Below, piece by piece: positions 19,589 through 28,384 of a DNA stretch of 64,000 nucleotides (within the stretch, counting starts at the first letter, position 1; every line of letters starts with the position of its first letter). The translations under genes were made by a program, and so were the position numbers. Under the pieces are notes generated by a model. That model worked only from the letters and a program-made list of their open reading frames with translations. It made no database searches and was not told where the DNA came from. This DNA comes from Phycisphaerae bacterium (GTDB lineage Bacteria; Planctomycetota; Phycisphaerae; UBA1845; Fen-1342). The stretch is from NCBI GenBank assembly GCA_963675745.2, contig CAXXWX010000015.1:32001-96000 (forward strand), read 5' to 3'.

Positions 19589-20830
19589 TCACCCACGGAG
19601 TTCCTCCAGCTTTCGCCGATCATAGTCCAGAATCAGCAAGTAGTACGTGCCGACGCCTACCAAGTAGAGCGCGCCCGTAATGAAGAAGATGTTGGCGTAA
19701 CTCACGCTGAACTCACGCAGTTTCTGAAATGCAAACCCGCTGACGAACCATGATCCCGACCACACCGACGAGGTCAGTGCGCTGACCAGCTCCTGGTTGC
19801 GCGGCCCCACGTAGTTCATGGTCAGCTCTGAGGTCATCGGTCCGGCAAGGTTCATCAGGGGCTGCCGCAAGACGTAGAACACGGCCGCCAGCACCGCGGC
19901 GACAGACCACGGGGCGATGTACTCGGTCGAGGCCAGTCCCACGAGCATCGCGATCGCGATCAACTGCGTTCCAGGGATGGCTCTGCGATAGCCGAACGTT
20001 TCCTTGATCACTGGCGTCAGGATTACGCCACCAAGTACGACGGCAGTCCCGGCGGCGGACAGCACGGCGACGTGACGGGTCGCGAAGCCGTGGATGTTCG
20101 CGAAGAACAACGGCATGAACGGGATCGTCAATCCGGCACCGACGGCGATAAGGCAAGTCGGGATCATCGCGCGCACTATCAGTCCCCAGTCGTAAACCTG
20201 CTCATCGGACACGGGCCGCGCGGGCACGCGCTCGGGAGTGCGAATCCGCCAGATGAACACGAAACTCACCAACGCCAGCAGCGAAAACCCCTGCAGCAGG
20301 CGTTCGTGGGTGAAGAATTCGCCATTGAGCCAGCGGAGCGCGAAGATCATCAGACCCGCAACGATCGTGGTGAAACTCCAGGTCGAGAAACTCAGCGAGA
20401 TCGCGGCGGTCTGTGTCTCGGGCTGCGCGTTGCGCATGATGTACGGCAAGACCGCCACCGTCATGCACATGTACGCGACGCCCCACAGGAGGTTGCCGGC
20501 GATCAGGAGCGGGCCGCTGTGTACACGCACGGCGTAGATCACGAGCAGCGAGGCGAATGGTACCCCCACGCTCGAAACGTAGAAAAACGGGCGGATCCGG
20601 CGGCCGCGCAGGAAACGGCCCAGCGGGAACGCGAGCGCAAGCACGCCGAGGAATCGGTACTTGAAGTACGCGGTCGCATCTTGATCCGCGTAGCCGTGCT
20701 CCTGCATATACAGCAGAAACGTGATGAAGAACGCCGAATTCGCGAACTGCACGAGGGTCTCAGCGATAATCACGCCGACAATGTCGGGGGCGAGTCGACG
20801 ATAGCGTTCAAGCAGACTGTGCAACGTCAA
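19589..20830 (-). CDS. MFS transporter
   Basis: About 12 hydrophobic segments; MFS-like loop motifs. Confidence 0.85.
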   Translation of the reverse strand: MTLHSLLERYRRLAPDIVGVIIAETLVQFANSAFFITFLLYMQEHGYADQDATAYFKYRFLGVLALAFPLGRFLRGRRIRPFFYVSSVGVPFASLLVIYAVRVHSGPLLIAGNLLWGVAYMCMTVAVLPYIMRNAQPETQTAAISLSFSTWSFTTIVAGLMIFALRWLNGEFFTHERLLQGFSLLALVSFVFIWRIRTPERVPARPVSDEQVYDWGLIVRAMIPTCLIAVGAGLTIPFMPLFFANIHGFATRHVAVLSAAGTAVVLGGVILTPVIKETFGYRRAIPGTQLIAIAMLVGLASTEYIAPWSVAAVLAAVFYVLRQPLMNLAGPMTSELTMNYVGPRNQELVSALTSSVWSGSWFVSGFAFQKLREFSVSYANIFFITGALYLVGVGTYYLLILDYDRRKLEELRG

Positions 20831-21200
20831 GTACCTGCCTGTCCCGGTCGGATGATGATTGGGGCAAGAACCCGACTGAGCGCGGTTTCACAAAACGCGT
20901 CCCGGCCAGCGGTGTGAAGAGACTCACCGCCAGGTGAAGGGACACTGCTTTGGTTAATCCGAGCACCAACGGCCCCGTCTTGAAGAAATCGTGCGGCATC
21001 CGCCAGAACCGCTTGCCGTACTCGTCTTCGTCATGCTCAACGGGGAAGCCGAGTTCTTCCAGCACGTCGAAATCCCGCTGGATGGTACGCTCGCTGACCC
21101 CGAATTCGTCGGCAAGTCGGCGGAGCGGGATGCCCTCGCCCCGAGTCTGGAGTGTCTTAAGCAGGTTCCACTGCCGCAGAATTTGCTCGCCCCGTGCCAT
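20808..21200 (-). pseudogene. Truncated HTH/WYL-family transcriptional regulator (N-terminal HTH only)
   Basis: LADEFGVSERTIQRDFDVLEELGFPV; homology is lost after about 100 aa and there is no WYL domain. Confidence 0.75.
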
Positions 21201-21354
21201 CGGTCAGCCTCCACGTCGGTTGAAATAGCCGTGCTGGGCGCTGATGATAGGCGATGCGCCGGGTTTTTCGAGCCGACTCGGCCGGTCCGACCCCGTTATC
21301 GGGCCGGTCACGCAGCATATCCCTGGCGGCGAACCTTGCACGGCCGGTGGCGTT

Positions 21355-21600
21355 ATGCTCGTGGGCGAAGCCAGGTTGGCGTTTCTCGATGTCGAGACGA
21401 CGGGCCTGGCCGCGGCGATGGGCGACTGGGTCATCGAAATCGGCATCATCGCCTGCCAGGGCGAGCGGGAAAGGGGGCGGCAGTCGCGGCTTGTGAATCC
21501 GGAGCGGCCAATCCCCAACGAAGCCCGGCAGGTTCACGGGATCGCCGCAGATCGCCGCCAAGCAGGACGCCAAGCCACATTCTCCGAGGCGCGTAAGCGC
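21355..21600 (+). pseudogene. Truncated DEDDh (DnaQ-like) 3'-5' exonuclease
   Basis: FLDVETTGL..IEIG..LVNPERPIP.EA..VHGI (ExoI); ExoII/III absent; ends at the att-like site. Confidence 0.75.
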
Positions 21601-21634
21601 TTGTTGCAACAGCGCTTCCAAATCCAGGTTTCGA

Positions 21635-21656
21635 GGTTCGACTCCCCCCGCCTCCA
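21635..21656 (+). other. 3' fragment of tmRNA (or tRNA-Ala); att-like integration core
   Basis: GG-TTCGACT-CCCCC-CGCCTCC-A gives T-loop, T-stem 3' half and acceptor 3' strand with U70; no 5' part of the RNA upstream. Confidence 0.7.
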
Positions 21657-22107
21657 ATCATGAAGTGCTTTATTGACAAGCACTTACATCAAGCCGACCC
21701 CCCATTGCGGGAATTATAGCGGGAACTCGATTTCCGGCGGCGGCCGAACAGAAGGCGAACACGCCTGAAATCCGCGGTCTTCCCCAGCCGCCTCTCTCAT
21801 GGGAGCACTCGATTTGCGGCCTACACACCGCGTGGTTTCTCGCAGGGCTCCGGCCCCGCAGGAAGGACGTGGGTGATGGCTTGTCTGACCCGAGAGCAGG
21901 GCCGGTACTGCCGCCTGCACTGGAGGTTCACGGTGAAGGGGGCAGTACATCGAGTAGGTCCGCAAGCCGCGTTCATGGGCTTGCTGGTCCAACGAGCTTG
22001 TTGGCAGTCCCACATGACGTGGCCGGAGTAGTAACACATATGCTCGGGCTACGTCCTGCATTCGCCAAGACCCTGTCCCGCCGCAAGGCTCGGCACCATA
22101 TGCTTGC

Positions 22108-23649
22108 TTAGGTTCGCTGCGAGTGCACGCGGCGACAGGATCGACAGATCCCGATGAGCGTCAGCATTGCGAGCAGACTGCTCACCAAGGGGCACGCGCC
22201 CGCAATCGGAAGCACGATCGGCGTGTCATCACCGGCAGCCGAGAGGCAGGACAGGTCAAACAAGTACGCCGCACCGCTGTGCGGCACGGGCGAGTTGACA
22301 TCGAGCGCTGAGCCCAGGACGGTCGTGGTCCCGCTGACCGCTACGGCGAAGCCGCTCACCACGCGCGCATCCGCATGGAGTGTACCCAGCACGGCCCGCT
22401 CGCCCCACACGCCATCCGAATCGCGCTGGAACACGTAGCCCCGTGGCCCAGCTACCCCGGCCTCAGTACCGTACGTCCCGACAACAACTGTGTCACCATC
22501 AATTGCCACCACGCCGAAGCCCATGTTGGGGACATCCGCCACATCAGCGGCGATCAGCTTGGCTTCTTCCGTCCATCTGCCGGCCGCATCTCGCGCGAAC
22601 ACATACGCCGAGCCCGCTGTTGCGTTGTCGCCCTGGGCTCCGACGACGGCGGTGTCCCCGCTGATCGCGATGTACACGCCGAAGATGTCGCCATACTCCG
22701 TATCGGCGCCGAGCAGCTTCGCCTGCTGCGCCCAGGTTCCTGCCCCATCGCGCGTAAACACATATACGGGCCCGATGGTCAAGTCGATCACGGATCTGTG
22801 GGGGGCAGAGATGATCGCGGTGTCGCCGCTGATGGCGACCGCCGCCCCAAAGTCCGACGCGACTACGGCGTCGTCGGCGAAGAGCTTATTGCGCTCGGTC
22901 CAAGTCCCGGCGCCGTCTCGTTGGAATACGTACGCGACACCCGTATCGTCGAGCGTCGGCGTATCGCCCCGATGTGCCCCAATGATGACCGTATCGCCAC
23001 TGATCGCAACCGCATTGCCGAAGTGATCGTATCCGGCTGCGTCCGATGCGGTCAGCTTGGCTTGCTGCGTCCACACGCCAGACCGGTCTCGGGAGAAGAT
23101 GTACGCCGAGCCTGTCTGAATGCCCTCCGCCCGGCTTTCCGGCGCGGCGATCACGGCCGTGTCGCCGCTGATCGCGATTCTCCCGCCGAACTCGTCCCCT
23201 TTCGTTCGATCCGACGCGGTCAGCTTGGCCTGCTCGGTCCACATGCCCAAGGCGTCACGCGTGAAGACATACACCGAGCCGTAGCGGCAGCCGTACGGAT
23301 CATTGCAGTCCTGGTCATCGATCGGCTCACTAACCAGCACCGTGTCGCCGCTGATCGCGACCGGCTGGCCGAATCCCTCCCACTCGCCGGCGTCCGCGGC
23401 GATCAGCCGGGCGACCATCTCCGGCTCGCAGTCGGCGTTGGCCGGTAGTGGCCAAACGAAGTTGCTCAGAATGACGAGCGCCGGAATGATGTGTTCCAAG
23501 GCACGTCCCCTCACGACAGGCATCGCCATCGCCAATGGGCCGTTGCTTCGATGGCCGCGCCAGTGAACAGTGTCGGCGCAACTCTGTGCCGGGGCGCTCC
23601 GGGCTTGCGACGTGCTCGTGACGTTGTTGATCGCCGTCCGTCTCATCAT
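22108..23649 (-). CDS. FG-GAP repeat beta-propeller protein with a GACP C-terminal tail
   Basis: Repeated W.EQAKL.A.D....FG..VAISGDT.VIGA...G.AYVF.R; start position uncertain. Confidence 0.9.
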   Translation of the reverse strand: MMRRTAINNVTSTSQARSAPAQSCADTVHWRGHRSNGPLAMAMPVVRGRALEHIIPALVILSNFVWPLPANADCEPEMVARLIAADAGEWEGFGQPVAISGDTVLVSEPIDDQDCNDPYGCRYGSVYVFTRDALGMWTEQAKLTASDRTKGDEFGGRIAISGDTAVIAAPESRAEGIQTGSAYIFSRDRSGVWTQQAKLTASDAAGYDHFGNAVAISGDTVIIGAHRGDTPTLDDTGVAYVFQRDGAGTWTERNKLFADDAVVASDFGAAVAISGDTAIISAPHRSVIDLTIGPVYVFTRDGAGTWAQQAKLLGADTEYGDIFGVYIAISGDTAVVGAQGDNATAGSAYVFARDAAGRWTEEAKLIAADVADVPNMGFGVVAIDGDTVVVGTYGTEAGVAGPRGYVFQRDSDGVWGERAVLGTLHADARVVSGFAVAVSGTTTVLGSALDVNSPVPHSGAAYLFDLSCLSAAGDDTPIVLPIAGACPLVSSLLAMLTLIGICRSCRRVHSQRT

Positions 23650-25319
23650 GCTCTCCTATGACGCGGTTCCCGGCATGACCGACCGAGTCCGATGAGTGTC
23701 AGCGTCAGAATCAGATTGCTCAGGAAGGGACACGCACCGATACCGGGTGGTGCGACGGGCGCGATTCCGGGAAGCCCGCCTCCAGCTCCCGGAGCGTACT
23801 CGTAGGCGCCCATGTCCGCGACGGGTGGACCGCCGGCGCCTGTGTCGGGGGTAGTTACGTCGTCGAAGTAACGTGCGCTGCCGCCGAGGTCGACCGGCGT
23901 GGTCTCAGTCGTATCGCCATCAGCATCGAGATCCGCTACGTCAGCGGGAACCAGTTCATTGTTGCCGGCGTCAATGGCCGGCGAGCCAGCCTTGAGGCGG
24001 AAGTCGTTGTCCGCCCAGGAGCTCAAGTCATTGTCCGCGCCGTCAGGGTCCACAAACAGCGGGTCAACGTCGATGTTGACGCCCTCCCAGCCGCCTTGAA
24101 TATCACAGTAGTTGACAATCGGGCGACCGGACGAAACGGAAATCTCGTCCGGCGTATCGCCCCACAGGATGCAGTTGTTCAGCGTCGGCTCACTCTCCCA
24201 GCAAGACAGTCCACCCGCACGATCGGCAGAGTTTCTACTGAGCGTGCAATTAGTCAGAATGGCATCGCAATACGAGAGCGCCATGCCACCGGCATAGTCC
24301 GCGGAGTTTCCAACGATCGCGCAGTTGGTGGCCGTCAGGCCGCCAATCAAACAACCAACGCCGCCACCGTCAAACGCGTGGTTGCCGCCAATGTAGCAGT
24401 TTGCGAGCGTCGGGTGGCTGTTGTTCGAGTACACGCCGCCCCCACCGCTGACACCCTCGTTCCCACTGACAACGCAGTCGATCAATGCGGCATCGCTGTA
24501 AGTGCAGCACACGCCGCCGCCCAGACCGATTGCAGTGTTTCCGACGATGCGGCATTGGGTGAGGAGTGGCCGCTCGCTCCCGACTGTCGCGCAGTAGACG
24601 CCGCCGCCCCTGTGGTCGGCGGCGTTCTCCGTAACATCACAATTCTTCAGCGTCGCACCATCACCCAAGTACAGGCCGCCTCCAAGACCCAGCACCAGAA
24701 CCTGCGAAGAGGGCGATTTGGCCATATTGCCTCGAATCGTGCAGTCGACGAAACTCGGACAGCCACTACCACAGTACACGCCGCCGCCATTCTGCGCTGA
24801 GTTCCCGGAGATGACGCACTGGCCTAGCGTCGGGCTGCTGCTCGCGAGATACACTCCGCCGCCCTGATTAGCGGCGTTGACGCTGCTGCGGGCATCGCCC
24901 TTCGTGATCGTCACTCCGAACACGACGCTGTCGGCGCCTTCTCCCGAGTGGAAGTAGAACCCCCGGCCGGCTCCCTGGCAGTCGATGATGCACTGGCCCG
25001 GGTCGCCGCTCGCGCTGCGCACTGTGATTGGCTTGCCGGCGAAGTCCAGGTCCTTGTTGCCGAGGCCGGTGTACGTGCCGTCGGCCAACTCGACAGTGTC
25101 ACCTGCGACGGCCGCGTCGATCGCTTCCTGAATCGCATCGAACGGGTGGGCCGCCGTGCCGTTTTCGGCCGGATCGCTGACGGCCGGATCGCCGGGGGCT
25201 GGATCAGCAGGCGCATTGTCATCGACGTAAACCGTGCCGGCCATGGCTGTCGAAGCCAGCAGCACAATCGTCGTCAGCCATGTTCCGAACACAGTCACAC
25301 GCACGACTCGTGTCATCAT
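23646..25319 (-). CDS. Right-handed parallel beta-helix (pectin-lyase-like, choice-of-anchor Q-like) exported protein with a GACP C-terminal tail
   Basis: VYVDDNA..PFDAIQEAIDAA..GD, C.I.GN.A..GGG repeats, FRLKAGSPAIDAG..DMGAYE. Confidence 0.85.
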   Translation of the reverse strand: MMTRVVRVTVFGTWLTTIVLLASTAMAGTVYVDDNAPADPAPGDPAVSDPAENGTAAHPFDAIQEAIDAAVAGDTVELADGTYTGLGNKDLDFAGKPITVRSASGDPGQCIIDCQGAGRGFYFHSGEGADSVVFGVTITKGDARSSVNAANQGGGVYLASSSPTLGQCVISGNSAQNGGGVYCGSGCPSFVDCTIRGNMAKSPSSQVLVLGLGGGLYLGDGATLKNCDVTENAADHRGGGVYCATVGSERPLLTQCRIVGNTAIGLGGGVCCTYSDAALIDCVVSGNEGVSGGGGVYSNNSHPTLANCYIGGNHAFDGGGVGCLIGGLTATNCAIVGNSADYAGGMALSYCDAILTNCTLSRNSADRAGGLSCWESEPTLNNCILWGDTPDEISVSSGRPIVNYCDIQGGWEGVNIDVDPLFVDPDGADNDLSSWADNDFRLKAGSPAIDAGNNELVPADVADLDADGDTTETTPVDLGGSARYFDDVTTPDTGAGGPPVADMGAYEYAPGAGGGLPGIAPVAPPGIGACPFLSNLILTLTLIGLGRSCREPRHRRA

Positions 25320-25380
25320 GTCGTCTTCTCCGCTGTGAGACCTGACAACGTCGCGGACGGTGTCAGCTTCCTTGATATAC

Positions 25381-25815
25381 TCACTCCGCCGAAGGGGGAG
25401 GTGGTGTCCCTTCCCGGTAGTAACAGGTCTCCCCTGACCCCCAACTGTCAAGGACCATGTAGTCGCCATCCATCCGAAGCGAGTAAGTAGTGTGGATTAC
25501 ACCGTTGCTGTCACCGACAAACAGTATGTCGCAATAGCTGTTATCGGGAGCATAACCAAGACCCCAGATACCCACCTCAGATGCAGAAAACCCCTCATAT
25601 GTAGAGCTATATACATAATCGGCGCTCAGCGTGATCTTCTCGGCGGGCAGCCCTTCAATGGGCGGAACTCCCACCCAGGTGCCGATCAGTGTCTGCTCAA
25701 GGGCTTTGCAGCTAGGTGGTGGCGGCGTATATCCCGTGCCACATCCGGCTGGCAGCATGCCCACAACAACCGCCAGAACACGCCAGCAACCACGCCGTTG
25801 CATTCGAGTTGTCAT
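25381..25815 (-). CDS. Putative lipoprotein
   Basis: Signal peptide ending LPAGC; LIGTW motif. Confidence 0.65.
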   Translation of the reverse strand: MTTRMQRRGCWRVLAVVVGMLPAGCGTGYTPPPPSCKALEQTLIGTWVGVPPIEGLPAEKITLSADYVYSSTYEGFSASEVGIWGLGYAPDNSYCDILFVGDSNGVIHTTYSLRMDGDYMVLDSWGSGETCYYREGTPPPPSAE

Positions 25816-25919
25816 TCAGAGTTTCCCTTCTTTCAGCGCGTATTCTCCGCAGCGCGCATCAGATCGCGCGGGCCGTTGCAACAGAACATCGCAGCAGTTT
25901 GTGAAAGCCCGTTGAGAAC

Positions 25920-25946
25920 GTAGCGGCCGACCCCGAGTCGGCCGTT
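25920..25946 (+). repeat. GTAG-family REP-like palindrome
   Basis: GTAG-CGGCCGAC-CCCGA-GTCGGCCG-TT; related copies at 62305 and 36966-37077. Confidence 0.7.
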
Positions 25947-26033
25947 CCACGGCAATTGCGACCAGAAGCCGATGTCCGGTTCGCGGGCCGACCGCTTCGT
26001 CAAGTCTTCAACGGCCTGCCAGGATCGCTGTCA

Positions 26034-28313
26034 CTACCACGAACCTTCGATTCTGACATCATCAATGTACCAGCCCGCAAGAGCGTCACTGGTGCTGTCA
26101 CCATTCAGCCGGAACCCAATCTGAATTTCCTTCCCGGAGTAGGCAGACAGATCCACCGTGAGGGCGGGAGACCACACACCAGAAACCAAGGTGTAGGCGT
26201 CAAAGCTCGTCCAACCCGCCCACTCCCCGGCGCAGGTTCGTTCTCGAATCTGTACTGTGCCGGAATCGTAGTACCGGTGCCCGTTCCACGTCGTGTAATC
26301 ATCAAATGCAAACCAGTGCCAGAAGTGCAAGTGGATCTTGTCGTCTGGGCGGATTACCGGGAGCTGGATTGCGCGACTTACCAAGCGACTATCGTTCTGG
26401 GCGTATTTCCCTGCCAATACCGTCGCCGCCACTTGCACGCCCGAATAGGCCCGCTCGCCCGAATTGGGGTCTTTCGGCGGCCCGTAGGTTGGCCGGCCGA
26501 CTTGCCAGTTACCACCGTCAACGGACCAGTCTCCAAAGCCCTCCTCAAAGTCGTCGAAGAAGATGAGTGAGTTGCAGTCCGGCGGGCAGATCTCGACACA
26601 CTCGCCGCAGATGCAGATTTCGTTCTCGCCGCAGACGATCGGCGTGTTGACACAGCCCAGGTTGGGGTCACATGTGTCCTCCGTACACGGATCGCCATCG
26701 TCGCAATCCACCGGCTCGTGCGAGCATATGCCGGTCGCGGGGTCACACTCATCAACTGTGCACGCATCGCCGTCGTCGCAGTCGTTGTATTCCGGGCACG
26801 TCAGGCATAGATCATTCTCTTCGTCACAGGGCACGCCGTCCGGGCATGGTGGGGTGCCCGGCGCGCATTCACCGTTGACACACGTTTCTTCACCATTGCA
26901 GTACAGCCCGTCGTTGCACAGGGAATCCTGGCACATAACGGAGACGGTCACGGTGTCGGCGCCGCGTGCGGCCGCCGAGTCTTCCACGAGCAACTTGAAC
27001 GTGTAATCGCCCGCCTCTGACAGCGACACGAGCGCCGTCTGGTTGGTGGCATCTACAATTTGCACGGCGGGACCGCCCGTCTGTGACCAGCGGAAGGCGT
27101 ACGGCAATAGTCCGCCGGCCGCCTGGCCCTGCAGTTGGATCGTTGTCCCCGGCAAAGCCTCGGCTGGTGCGCTGGCATCTGCGGTCAGCCCGCTGACCGC
27201 CTTGTAGATCACGCTATCCGACGCTTCGCCTTCGATGTCATCCGTGGCGGTGAGCGTGAACTCGTACTCGCCGGTTTCGGCGGGCACAAAGCTGGCGATG
27301 CGGCTATCGGAATCCATGACTTCTACACCGTGGCCGGAAACCTCGGTCCATTCGAACGTGGCCTGCCCCGATCCACCGGCGGCGAGCCCGCGCAGTTGAA
27401 CCTCTTCGCCCACCTGGACGACGCCCGATTCGCCGGCGTCCACCGTGAAGGTGTCAACCACCAGCGTCGTGACCAAATCGACATCGATCACGCCGGTTGC
27501 GTCCACCGCCTCGAGTTTCATGACATACGTGCCGACGGCCGGCGGCACAAACGTGGTGCTTGCCGACGCGGGATCCGCAATGCTCGCGGACGGCCCGGAG
27601 ACCTGACTCCACGCGATAGTGGTCACTCCCGTTGCACCGGTCAAGGTGGCGCTCAGCGCTACCGTGTCGCCGACTCCGGCCATGCCATCCTCCCCGGCCG
27701 AGGCGGCGAAGAACGCGGCGGGTACATCGGTGATATCGCCCGTTCGTTTGTTGTCGTCCTCGGCAAGGAACTGAAGATCAAACCCATCGGTGAGCACGCC
27801 GGGCTCTTCTCGTACGACCGTGACCAGAATCGCGCCCTCCGCTGTGCGGTCATCGGAACCGACATCGAGGACGAAGTGACCGGAGTATCCTGGCAGGCCG
27901 ACACGCAGTTGTGCCACATCGGACACCTTGTGGCTGTCATCGACCTCCGCAACTTCGACATCGAAGCTTTCGGATGAGTTCGACGTAACAGTGGGCGGGA
28001 CAATCGTAGGCCCGCCCGTGGACTTGGTGGCGAGCAGCTTGGCCGTAGCGGATTCATCAAGCGGAGCGTCGACCCAGGTCGCCCCCACAACGTTGATGGC
28101 TCCGTCAAGGCGTGGTAGATCGTCGCCCGACGAATTCGGGTCACCCGGCCAATTCGGGTCGCCCGGCGCATTCGCGTCGCCCGGTGAATTCGGCTCACCC
28201 GGCGAGTTCGGGTCGCTCGGTGAATTCGGCTCGCCCGGGGCGCCAGGCGGCGGACACCCGTGCAGCAGCAGGCACATTACAGCCAGAACTCCTAACAAGC
28301 ATTTGCAGCGCAT
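26034..28313 (-). CDS. Lipoprotein with PKD-like domains, Cys-rich CDDG repeats and a C-terminal jelly-roll (MAM/immune inhibitor A-like) domain
   Basis: LLHGC lipobox, PG(E/D)PNS tandem repeats, W.QVSGP/W.QTGGP, CDDGDACTVDECDP, FFDDFEEG..GWYIDDV. Confidence 0.85.
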   Translation of the reverse strand: MRCKCLLGVLAVMCLLLHGCPPPGAPGEPNSPSDPNSPGEPNSPGDANAPGDPNWPGDPNSSGDDLPRLDGAINVVGATWVDAPLDESATAKLLATKSTGGPTIVPPTVTSNSSESFDVEVAEVDDSHKVSDVAQLRVGLPGYSGHFVLDVGSDDRTAEGAILVTVVREEPGVLTDGFDLQFLAEDDNKRTGDITDVPAAFFAASAGEDGMAGVGDTVALSATLTGATGVTTIAWSQVSGPSASIADPASASTTFVPPAVGTYVMKLEAVDATGVIDVDLVTTLVVDTFTVDAGESGVVQVGEEVQLRGLAAGGSGQATFEWTEVSGHGVEVMDSDSRIASFVPAETGEYEFTLTATDDIEGEASDSVIYKAVSGLTADASAPAEALPGTTIQLQGQAAGGLLPYAFRWSQTGGPAVQIVDATNQTALVSLSEAGDYTFKLLVEDSAAARGADTVTVSVMCQDSLCNDGLYCNGEETCVNGECAPGTPPCPDGVPCDEENDLCLTCPEYNDCDDGDACTVDECDPATGICSHEPVDCDDGDPCTEDTCDPNLGCVNTPIVCGENEICICGECVEICPPDCNSLIFFDDFEEGFGDWSVDGGNWQVGRPTYGPPKDPNSGERAYSGVQVAATVLAGKYAQNDSRLVSRAIQLPVIRPDDKIHLHFWHWFAFDDYTTWNGHRYYDSGTVQIRERTCAGEWAGWTSFDAYTLVSGVWSPALTVDLSAYSGKEIQIGFRLNGDSTSDALAGWYIDDVRIEGSW

Positions 28314-28384
28314 TGTAGTTACTCCCCTAGCTGATTCACCATAATGCGACAGGCGCTTCACTCACGTAGCCCCAGTCACCAACC

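Noticed and set aside
18557..19753. 398-aa plus-strand ORF and other long antisense ORFs (e.g. 12744..13991, 50752..51798, 22375..23448)
   Set aside because: Shadow ORFs expected in high-GC DNA opposite well-supported genes; no motifs.
21560..21660. Complete tRNA or tmRNA gene
   Set aside because: Only the T-loop and acceptor 3' strand are present; no 5' acceptor strand, D arm or anticodon arm.
21700..22100. Small ORFs or structured RNA right of the att-like site
   Set aside because: No recognisable motif, RBS or convincing structure.
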